35,080 nt of DNA from Rickettsiales bacterium (GTDB lineage: Bacteria; Pseudomonadota; Alphaproteobacteria; Rickettsiales; UBA3002). The notes beneath the pieces were generated by a model, which saw only the letters and a list, made by a program, of their open reading frames with translations, had not been told where the DNA came from and searched no databases. Positions within the stretch are counted from its first letter, which is position 1, and each line of letters starts with the position of its first letter. The stretch is taken from contig JBGAJE010000002.1 of assembly GCA_044225085.1 (NCBI GenBank), positions 1-35,080 on the forward strand, read 5' to 3'. Below are positions 26,631 through 34,385 of the stretch, piece by piece. The position numbers and the translations under genes were made by a program.

Positions 26631-27751
26631 GATTGATCTTTGAATTTAATTTTGAAGCGGGCTTCTTCGGCGTCGTTCTCGCTGAGTTCGGGTGCGGTTT
26701 CGGCCGGCGGGGTGTAATTGCCGCGTGCGCCGGGGACAGCGAGTTTGATGGTAGTGCCGCCGACATCAATACTGCCGAGACCTAATTCTTCGCGCGCCAT
26801 TTGACGGCTTGGGGGCAACTCGTATGCATTTTCTGCGAGGGGAAGTACTTTGTTGCGGCCGGCGTTTTTGGCTTCATAGAGCGCGTCGTCGGCACGTTTG
26901 AGGAGGGTATCGGGTGTGTCGGTCGGCAGCATGGTGGCGTAGCCGATGCTGACAGTTTTTTGGATTGGGCTATCTGGGTGGGTAATGGTGAATGGTGTGG
27001 ATTCGACAGCTTTGCGCAGGCGCTCAGCGGCCTCATAAGCACGTGCGGCGTCGGTTTCGGGCATGAGGATAACGAATTCTTCGCCGCCATAGCGTGCGGC
27101 CAAATCGGCGCTGCGGATGGCTTTGACGATGATGGAGGCGAGTTCTTTCAGCACTTCGTCGCCCACCGCGTGGCCGTAGGTGTCGTTCACCGACTTGAAA
27201 TGATCCATATCCATAATCACGGCGGAAAGGCTGCGCCCCTGCTCCAGCGCCTGGCGCACAAGGTTTTTCAAGTGCGTGTCGAGATAGTGGCGGTTATAGA
27301 GGCGGGTGAGGCCATCCGTCACCGCCATGGAAACGCTTTCCTGGTAATTCGATTTCAGGGCTTCCTGATATTTTTTACGGCGGATTTGGGTTTTGACGCG
27401 GGCGAACATCTCGTTGAAATCAACCGGCGTGAGCAGGTAGTCGTTCACACCCAGCTCCAGCCCTTTGAGCATGAGATGTTGGTCATCCTCATCCACCAGC
27501 ATGACAATCGGCACGTTGCGCACTTGCTCGATGGCTTTGAATTGGGTGGCAAGGCGCAGCCCATCGATATCCGCCAATTGGGTGGAGATGAATACAAGAT
27601 CGATCGTGTTCTCTTCCCCACGTGCGTAGTCGAGCGCTTGTTTATGGTCGCTGAAATGTTTGACGATGTAACCGCCAGAAGTGAGTTTTTCACTGACACG
27701 GCGAGCTTGCACAACATCGTCATCAATCAACATGAGATTACTGCCGCGCAT
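26627..27751 (-). CDS. pleD: PleD-like diguanylate cyclase, C-terminal part (pseudo-receiver + GGDEF)
   Basis: RYGGEEF active site with an RSAD I-site 5 aa upstream. An adaptor receiver domain lacking the phospho-Asp precedes it. An ~80-aa C-terminal tail follows. Confidence 0.85.
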   Translation of the reverse strand: MRGSNLMLIDDDVVQARRVSEKLTSGGYIVKHFSDHKQALDYARGEENTIDLVFISTQLADIDGLRLATQFKAIEQVRNVPIVMLVDEDDQHLMLKGLELGVNDYLLTPVDFNEMFARVKTQIRRKKYQEALKSNYQESVSMAVTDGLTRLYNRHYLDTHLKNLVRQALEQGRSLSAVIMDMDHFKSVNDTYGHAVGDEVLKELASIIVKAIRSADLAARYGGEEFVILMPETDAARAYEAAERLRKAVESTPFTITHPDSPIQKTVSIGYATMLPTDTPDTLLKRADDALYEAKNAGRNKVLPLAENAYELPPSRQMAREELGLGSIDVGGTTIKLAVPGARGNYTPPAETAPELSENDAEEARFKIKFKDQS

Positions 27752-27759
27752 GTCGAAAT

Positions 27760-28203
27760 TCAGTGAAAGTCACTCGCACTCATACCGAGCTGGCTGCCGG
27801 ATTTATCGCGTAAGCGCAGTTCATCGATCAGCACTTTAATGCGCACGAGGGAGCGTACACGGGCAAAGAGCGCGGTGTCGTTAATCGGTTTGGTGATGAA
27901 ATCGTCCGCACCGGCTTCGAGTCCAGCCACGCGGTCGGACGGTTCGGAAAGGGCGGTGACCATGACGACGGGGATGTGTGAGACATCCGGATCCGCCTTG
28001 AGGCGACGGCAGGTTTCAAAACCGTCGATGCCAGGCATCATCACATCGAGCAGGATGAGGTCCGGGTTTTTTGTTTTCGTTTGCTCGATGGCTTCAAAGC
28101 CATCCTTGGCAGTGACGTCGTAATACTCATTGGCGAGCTTCGCTTCGAGAAGCTTGATATTGGCCGGCACATCATCGACTACGGCACTAATCCGGTCACG
28201 CAT
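27760..28203 (-). CDS. pleD: PleD-like N-terminal phospho-receiver domain, separated from the rest by a frameshift
   Basis: VVDDVPANIKLLEAKL, LILLDVMMPGIDG and ITKPI are present. It ends in the inter-domain linker 8 nt before the next ORF. Confidence 0.85.
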   Translation of the reverse strand: MRDRISAVVDDVPANIKLLEAKLANEYYDVTAKDGFEAIEQTKTKNPDLILLDVMMPGIDGFETCRRLKADPDVSHIPVVMVTALSEPSDRVAGLEAGADDFITKPINDTALFARVRSLVRIKVLIDELRLRDKSGSQLGMSASDFH

Positions 28204-28209
28204 TACCCT

Positions 28210-28592
28210 TTATGCTGCTGTCCGCAGCTCTAAAAACCGGCGGATGGTCATTAGAAAATCATCAATCGCGATGGGTTTTGAGGTAAGCTTCACAGCCAGC
28301 AGCCATGATTTTTCCTCATCGTCCTTCATCGCGAAGGCGGTTACAGCAATAATTGGAATATGCTGGATCTGCGAATCCACTTTTGATTTTGCGGGTGACA
28401 TCGAGGCCCGGAAATCTCGGAACAGTTGTATATCCATCTCACAATTAAGTCCGGCTGCACATTGCGGGTGATGCTGATAGCTTCGATCCCCTCTTTGGTC
28501 TCGTATGTCTCGTAGCCATTCGCGCCCAAAAGATCGCGAAAGAGCTTCAAGTTCAGGTCGTTATCTTCGACGATGAGAATCTTCTTTGCCAT
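28210..28592 (-). pseudogene. divK: DivK-like single-domain response regulator, disrupted by multiple indels
   Basis: MAKKILIVEDNDLNLKLF...PDLI is in frame 0. MDIQL, SEISG, LDVTRKIK, DSQIQHIPIIAVTAFAMKDDEEK, IMAAGCEAYL and SKPIAIDDFLMTIRRFL are scattered over three frames. Confidence 0.8.
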
Positions 28593-28662
28593 GCGCGGCG
28601 GTTCTCCCTGTTAGCCGTAATATAGTTACTTTTTCGGGAATTATTTACGGAAAACTCCTGCT

Positions 28663-28764
28663 CCCTCTCCCCTCGCGGGAGAGGGCTGGGGTGAGGGGGT
28701 TCTCCACTGGCGAAAAGCGGGGGTTGGCCCCCTCATCCTAACCTTCTCCCGCAAGGGGAGAAGG
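28663..28764. repeat. palindromic element, family C (copy C1, polA-divK spacer)
   Basis: CCCTCTCCCCTCGCGGGAGAGGG hairpin, GGGGTGAGGG pairing with CCCCTCATCC, and CCTTCTCCCGCAAGGGGAGAAGG hairpin. Starts 8 nt downstream of the polA stop. Confidence 0.8.
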
Positions 28765-28772
28765 GATAAAAA

Positions 28773-31700
28773 TTAATGCGCGTCGCCCCAGTGCTGGCCG
28801 ATGCCTGCTTCGACCGTCAGGGGGACGGAAAGTGCGGCTACATTTTCCATCGTGCGCTTCACTTGCGGGGCGAGCGCGGCGGCTTGGTCTGCTGGAGCTT
28901 CGATGATGAGTTCGTCATGCACTTGAAGGAGAAGACGCGCCCCTTTCACCTCTCCCACCGGGAGAGGTCGAAATCCGCCTTCGGATTTCGGGTGAGGGCC
29001 CGACAGTGAAGAAGACTGCAGCGCGGCGCCCTCACCCAAAATTTGCGGGGGCAAATTTTGACCTCTCCCGGTGGGAGAGGTAAGAAGTCCATGCACCTCA
29101 ATCATCGCGCGTTTGATGATATCTGCCGCTGTGCCTTGCAGCGGCGCATTGATTGCTGCGCGCTCCGAGAACGACCGGAAGTTCGGGTTCTTTGCATTAA
29201 TATCGCGCACGTGAATGCGGCGACCATACAGCGTTTCGACATATTCATGCTCGCGCGCGAACTGGATCGTGCGATCCATATATTCCCGAATCCCCGGATA
29301 GCGCTCGAAATATTTGCCGATATAGGTCGATGCCTCGGAGCGCGAAATACCGAGCTGCGCGCTTAAGCCATGCGCGCTGATGCCGTAAATAATCCCGAAA
29401 TTAATCGCCTTTGCGCGGCGGCGAATTTCGGGGGTCATTTGGTCGAGCGGCACGCCGAACATCTCGCTCGCCGTCACTGCGTGAATATCGGCACCACTGC
29501 GGAACGCTTCCTTCAGCGCGCCGATATCGGCCATATGCGCGAGCAGTCGTAGCTCGATCTGCGAATAATCCGCTGAGATAAGCTTGAACCCCGGTGGAGC
29601 GATGAACGCGGTGCGAATACGACGGCCCTCTTCGGTGCGGATCGGAATATTTTGTAAATTCGGATCGCTCGATGCCAGCCGCCCCGTGCTCGCCACCGCC
29701 ATTGAGAAACTCGTATGCACCCGCCCGTCGCGCGGCGATGTCGCCTTGGGCAACGAATCCGTATAGGTGCTTTTCAGTTTTGAATATTGCCGCCACTCAA
29801 GCACTTTGCGGGCGATCTCGTGCCCCTCTTCCGCCAGCGCCTCGAGCGTTGCGGCATCGGTGGTATACGCGCCACTTTTGCTCGATTTTTTACCACCGCC
29901 AAGCTGGAGCTTGTCATACAGCACCTCGCCCAATTGCTTCGGCGAACCCACTGAGAACGGCATGCCAGCGAGTTTGATGACTTCCTCTTCCAGCGCATTT
30001 ATTTTCAGTGCGAACTGGCCGGAGAGTTCGGTCAGCAACTTCACATCAATCGCCACGCCCGCCACTTCCATCGCCGCGATCACGGGCACAAGCGGCCGCT
30101 CGATCGTCTCATACACCGTCACTACATGGTTCGCGATGAGTTGGGGTTTTAGCAATTCATAAAGCCGCAGCGTAAAATCCGCATCTTCCGCCGCGTAGTC
30201 CGTCGCCGCATCCAGCGGCACTTGCGCGAAGTTGATTTTCGCTTTGCCTGTACCAGTGACGGATTCATAGGAAATCATCTTATGGTTAAAGTGTCGGTCG
30301 ACGAGAAAATCTAACCCATGCGCGTGCAACCCACCTGCCGTGCAGTAGGACATCAACATCGTATCCGCCACCGGCGATATGCGCGCACCATATTTCTCCA
30401 GCACCACGAGGTCGTATTTAATGTTATGGCCAACCTTCATTACGGATGGATGGGTGAGCATCGGCTGTAACAATTCCAGCACGCGTGGCAGTGAAAGTTG
30501 CCCAGGCAGCAGTTTCTTCTGCCCACTTGTTGGCGCATCAAATAAACTCGATTGCGGCACCGCGTCGCCACCCATTTCACTCACATGACCGACGGGGATG
30601 TAGCATGCCTTGCCCGGTGCCGTGCTCAGCGAAATACCAACGAGTTCCGCATCCACCGCCGCAAGCGATGTTGTTTCGGTATCTACCGCCAGCGTGCCCA
30701 CGCGCATCGCCTCGGTGATCCAACGTTGGAGTGCCGCTTCATCGGCAACCATTTCGTAATGCGCTTCAACTTTGTCATTCCCGCGAAGGCGGGAATCTTC
30801 TGATATTTGCGCCATATCCGAAGAGAGATTCCCGCCTTCGCGGGAATGACGTGTGGAGGGGTTCGTGAATCTTGCTGCCGCCGGATTTGCTGATGACTGA
30901 TGACTAGTGGCTGATTCACCTGCTAGTCCCATCTTCTTCGCGAGTGATGAAAAGTTCTGGGCATCCAAAAACGCCGCCAGCGCGGCGCTATCAAACGGCC
31001 GCGTCTCCAGCGCCGCCAGCGGCTCCGGCAGCGGCACGTCGTGCTTCAGCTCCACCAACTGCCGCGACATCCGCGCCGCCTCCGCATGCGTCGTCAGCAC
31101 TTCGCGCCGCTTCGGTTGTTTGATTTGATCGAGATGCGCCAGCACCCCCTCGAGCGTCCCGAATTGCGTAATCAACTCCGCCGCCGTCTTCGGCCCAATG
31201 CTCGGCACCCCCGGCACATTATCCACCGAATCCCCAATCAGCGCCTGCACTTCGACGACCTTATCCGGCATCACGCCGAATTTTTCCACCACCTGCGCGC
31301 TACCGATGAATTTCTGCTTCATCGGGTCCATCATCGTCACTTCACCATCAACGACGAGCTGCATCAAATCCTTGTCGGAGGACACAATCACCACCTCGCG
31401 CCCCTCGGCCCGCGCGGCCTCCGCATAGCTTGCGATCAAATCATCCGCCTCGTAATTCTCAAGCTCAATCGCCGGGATATTCAGCGCCCGCGTTACCTCG
31501 CGCACCAGTGGAAATTGCGGAATCAGCTCCTCCGGCGTTTCCGAGCGGTTCATTTTATATTCGGGATACAACTCCGAGCGGAAGCTCTTGCGTCCCGCAT
31601 CGAAAATCACCGCCAGCATATCGTGCTTATAGGTCTCGCGCAGCTTCAGCAGCATGGTGGTGAAGCCATAGACAGCCCCGACTTGTGTCCCATCTCGCCG

Positions 31701-31808
31701 CGTCAGCGGAGGCAGCGCGTGAAATGCCCGAAAAATATAGCCCGAGCCATCGACCAACACGAGACGTTGGGGTTTTGTTTCAGCGGTTGCAGTTTGTGCG
31801 GTTTCCAT
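28773..31808 (-). CDS. polA: DNA polymerase I (1011 aa, carrying two repeat-derived in-frame insertions)
   Basis: 5' nuclease domain (LVDGSGYIFRAFHA), 3'-5' exonuclease domain (LAVDTETTSL), and polymerase motifs A (SADYSQIELR), B (RRRAKAINFGIIYG) and C (QVHDELI). Confidence 0.95.
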   Translation of the reverse strand: METAQTATAETKPQRLVLVDGSGYIFRAFHALPPLTRRDGTQVGAVYGFTTMLLKLRETYKHDMLAVIFDAGRKSFRSELYPEYKMNRSETPEELIPQFPLVREVTRALNIPAIELENYEADDLIASYAEAARAEGREVVIVSSDKDLMQLVVDGEVTMMDPMKQKFIGSAQVVEKFGVMPDKVVEVQALIGDSVDNVPGVPSIGPKTAAELITQFGTLEGVLAHLDQIKQPKRREVLTTHAEAARMSRQLVELKHDVPLPEPLAALETRPFDSAALAAFLDAQNFSSLAKKMGLAGESATSHQSSANPAAARFTNPSTRHSREGGNLSSDMAQISEDSRLRGNDKVEAHYEMVADEAALQRWITEAMRVGTLAVDTETTSLAAVDAELVGISLSTAPGKACYIPVGHVSEMGGDAVPQSSLFDAPTSGQKKLLPGQLSLPRVLELLQPMLTHPSVMKVGHNIKYDLVVLEKYGARISPVADTMLMSYCTAGGLHAHGLDFLVDRHFNHKMISYESVTGTGKAKINFAQVPLDAATDYAAEDADFTLRLYELLKPQLIANHVVTVYETIERPLVPVIAAMEVAGVAIDVKLLTELSGQFALKINALEEEVIKLAGMPFSVGSPKQLGEVLYDKLQLGGGKKSSKSGAYTTDAATLEALAEEGHEIARKVLEWRQYSKLKSTYTDSLPKATSPRDGRVHTSFSMAVASTGRLASSDPNLQNIPIRTEEGRRIRTAFIAPPGFKLISADYSQIELRLLAHMADIGALKEAFRSGADIHAVTASEMFGVPLDQMTPEIRRRAKAINFGIIYGISAHGLSAQLGISRSEASTYIGKYFERYPGIREYMDRTIQFAREHEYVETLYGRRIHVRDINAKNPNFRSFSERAAINAPLQGTAADIIKRAMIEVHGLLTSPTGRGQNLPPQILGEGAALQSSSLSGPHPKSEGGFRPLPVGEVKGARLLLQVHDELIIEAPADQAAALAPQVKRTMENVAALSVPLTVEAGIGQHWGDAH
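28945..29083. repeat. palindromic element, family B (copy B2, inside the polA polymerase domain)
   Basis: TTCACCTCTCCCACCGGGAGAGGTCGAAATCCGCCTTCGGATTTCGGGTGAGGGCC...GCCCTCACCCAAAATTTGCGGGGGCAAATTTTGACCTCTCCCGGTGGGAGAGGTAA. Same module order as B1. Confidence 0.85.
30772..30850. repeat. palindromic element, family A (copy A2, inside the polA inter-domain linker)
   Basis: TTGTCATTCCCGCGAAGGCGGGAATCTT...GAGATTCCCGCCTTCGCGGGAATGAC. It is translated in the polA frame as RHSREGGNLSSDMAQISEDSRLRGND. Confidence 0.85.
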
Positions 31809-31817
31809 AACTCTCCA

Positions 31818-31912
31818 TTGTCATTCCTGCGAAGGCAGGAATCCAGCGCGACGTGAGACGCGTCGCAAGTATCATTTAAGAAGCTGGATGCCAGCCTTCG
31901 CTGGCATGACAA
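31818..31912. repeat. palindromic element, family A (copy A3, polA/esterase divergent spacer)
   Basis: TTGTCATTCCTGCGAAGGCAGGAATCCAG...CTGGATGCCAGCCTTCGCTGGCATGACAA with a central hairpin GCGACG-N7-CGTCGC. Confidence 0.8.
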
Positions 31913-31994
31913 GTGGCGGCTTTAGCGCTAGCATCCAGTCACAAAAACTGGCAACACCATAACGAACAATCCCTCACACGAAAGCGAAAACGCC

Positions 31995-32648
31995 ATGTCA
32001 CCCACACTCCTCACCGGCCCCGAGCGCGCACCGGCCAGCGGCAATGTCAAACACCTTGTCATCTTCCTCCACGGCCTTGGGTCGGACGGCGCCGACCTCA
32101 TCAGCCTCGCCGACATGATGAACCTGCCCGACACCCAATTCCTCTCCCCCAACGCGCCCTTCCCATGTGACATGGCGCCCTACGGCTATCAGTGGTTCTC
32201 CCTGCTCGACCGCAACCCCACTAAAATGCTCATTGGCATTCAGGAAGCAGCGCCCATCCTCAACCACTATATCAATCACCAAATTGCTCGCTTCAAACTC
32301 AGCGCTAAGGATGTCGCCCTCGTCGGCTTTTCCCAGGGCTCGATGATGTCGCTTTATGTCGCCCCGCGCCGCGCGGAACCGCTCGCCGGTGTCGTCGGCA
32401 TTTCCGGCGCGCTCCTCGGCGGCGAGATGCTGGCCGAACAAGCCGCCTCCAAACTCCCCATCTGCCTCATCCATGGCGATGCGGATGAAGTCGTCCCCTT
32501 CGCCGCCATGGGCCATGCCCACACCACCCTCAAAACCCATGGCTACGACGCACAAGTCCATCAACGCCCTGGGTTAGGACATGGTATTGATGAACAAGGA
32601 TTAATTATCGCCGAAACCTTCCTGAAGAAGCAATTGCACATCGGCTAA
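31995..32648 (+). CDS. phospholipase/carboxylesterase-family alpha/beta hydrolase
   Basis: VIFLHGLGSDG, GFSQGSMMS (nucleophile elbow) and IHGDADEVVP are present. About 217 aa. Confidence 0.85.
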   Translation: MSPTLLTGPERAPASGNVKHLVIFLHGLGSDGADLISLADMMNLPDTQFLSPNAPFPCDMAPYGYQWFSLLDRNPTKMLIGIQEAAPILNHYINHQIARFKLSAKDVALVGFSQGSMMSLYVAPRRAEPLAGVVGISGALLGGEMLAEQAASKLPICLIHGDADEVVPFAAMGHAHTTLKTHGYDAQVHQRPGLGHGIDEQGLIIAETFLKKQLHIG

Positions 32649-32714
32649 TTGTCATCAAACTTTCACGCTATAAAAAGCCGTTTTTGCTAGGATAACTCCA
32701 GTAACGGAGCTCCT

Positions 32715-33686
32715 ATGAATCTCGAGACTTTAGCAGCACATGGCATCACTCCCGAAGCGCTACAAGACTTCGTGAACGGAGTTGAAAAAACTATCCCCGG
32801 TTTTTTTACGCATGCTGTTCCGCCGGTGCAGGCACCAGAAGATAACGAATATGCGCCCGAAAATGAGATTCCTCACCCGCTTGATAATGCCATCAAAGTT
32901 CACGAGGCCGACAATCAAACCATGGTGCGATTTTCTTTTTATGGTGAATATGCTCAAGAGCGCGCTGAAATATTGCAGCGTTTTTTTACCGAACAGGAGT
33001 CACTCGTACCCAAAATGCCAGATAGGCATAGACAGTCGCGAACAAATAAAACGCTACAGACCGTTGTCGAAAAATTAACCGAACCAGTGGCCATCAACCC
33101 CAGAGCCACTCCTTGGAAAAACACCTATATCGCTGCCCATGAAGGCAATCCCTGCGTTGAAATCAATGCCGCCTTTTTGAAGATTATTCTCGATCATCCC
33201 CACGTCATCGAGACTTTTGTGCCGCCGCCAAAAACGTCAGCAACTATAACTCCCGCACATGCAAATTTGTATTCTTTTTTAAACTTTTTGGATGCCGACA
33301 CCTTTCAAGAAAACGATCCTTGCATCATGGTTTTTCAAGGCCTCGCTAAAAGAGAAAGAGCCCAAGCAGTCAATGAATTCATGAACACCATGCTTAACGA
33401 GCTATTGCCCACACAGCGTCACCGCTTGCCATCGGAACGCGCGAGCATGATAGCCATAGAAGATACCCGTCCACGTCAATATGCCCTCTATATCCCCAGA
33501 GCATTAATGCATGCTGTTTTGGATGCCGAACGACAGAACCCACAAAAACTGCGCGAAGCTTTTGGAGTCATACTTGCGCGCCACTCCAACGCTGAAACCG
33601 GCCCCGAGACAACCATTGGCACAGACAACGCAGAGCATATTGGCGGTCTGCCGGGCACCGACCAGATTATCCCCCCGACTAAATGA
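32715..33686 (+). CDS. hypothetical protein (orphan), two copies of a module shared with the next gene
   Basis: 323-aa ORF with GGAG before the ATG. Module pairs are MVRFSFYGEYAQERAEILQRF / IMVFQGLAKRERAQAVNEF and AFLKIILDHPHVIETF / ALMHAVLDAERQNPQKLREAF. Confidence 0.6.
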   Translation: MNLETLAAHGITPEALQDFVNGVEKTIPGFFTHAVPPVQAPEDNEYAPENEIPHPLDNAIKVHEADNQTMVRFSFYGEYAQERAEILQRFFTEQESLVPKMPDRHRQSRTNKTLQTVVEKLTEPVAINPRATPWKNTYIAAHEGNPCVEINAAFLKIILDHPHVIETFVPPPKTSATITPAHANLYSFLNFLDADTFQENDPCIMVFQGLAKRERAQAVNEFMNTMLNELLPTQRHRLPSERASMIAIEDTRPRQYALYIPRALMHAVLDAERQNPQKLREAFGVILARHSNAETGPETTIGTDNAEHIGGLPGTDQIIPPTK

Positions 33687-33778
33687 CTCGGATAACGGCC
33701 AATTGTCACCAAACCTTAATACATAAGCGTCACGTTCGCTTGTAAACTGATCCTCATAACCCCTATTCGGAGCTAATC

Positions 33779-34333
33779 ATGGCTGATGAAGCATACCACG
33801 CAGCGGCAGAAACGGCTGCCCCCCAAGAAGCGATTGCCGATGCTGCACTTGCTGAGCCCGCAATCTCACCTGCTGAGGCGCTGGTAAAGCGATTAATAGC
33901 GGTAAAATTTGCGGAGTCAGAATTCCAACCGCCTGTCAGTGCGGTTGCGACAGACTTCATGTTCACGCATGTTCGATTTTCAGATTTTCGCGCTGAAACA
34001 ACAGCCAATGCACTATGCGAGGGGATTGAGGGTGTCATTGACACGTTCAATATAGCCACTCCAAGCGTGCCAAAAGTCGAAAAGATTGGCGACAAAAAAT
34101 TTGCCTTCCAACTCAGCATTACCAACAGACTCTTAGCAACGCTTATTGAAAAGCACACGGCCCAACCCGCCGCTTTCGAGGCTGCCTTCATCGCCGGGCC
34201 GAGAAAGCTAAAAGATGTTCCACTCTCCGAACCATTTGAGCCATTGAAGCCCAGAATACCAACCCCCGCCGCAACCTATGCCGAAGAAGCTACTCAGCAA
34301 GTTGGTGTCTCTGGCGGTATTGGTGGATTATAA
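33779..34333 (+). CDS. hypothetical protein (orphan), one copy of the same module
   Basis: 184-aa ORF with GGAG before the ATG. THVRFSDFRAETTANALCEGI ... RLLATLIEKHTAQPAAFEAAF parallels the module of the upstream gene. Confidence 0.55.
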   Translation: MADEAYHAAAETAAPQEAIADAALAEPAISPAEALVKRLIAVKFAESEFQPPVSAVATDFMFTHVRFSDFRAETTANALCEGIEGVIDTFNIATPSVPKVEKIGDKKFAFQLSITNRLLATLIEKHTAQPAAFEAAFIAGPRKLKDVPLSEPFEPLKPRIPTPAATYAEEATQQVGVSGGIGGL

Positions 34334-34385
34334 GGCGACCGATCGCTACCAAAATTTTAGACTTCTTCGGTTCAAAAAATGCGCG

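Noticed and set aside
30683-30919. 78-aa ORF (…VIPAKAGIS…IPAFAGMT…) and similar small ORFs at 28776..29009, 13285..13473 and 31703..31912
   Set aside because: These are open frames created by the palindromic repeat elements themselves. They overlap polA or lie in spacers and are not independent genes.
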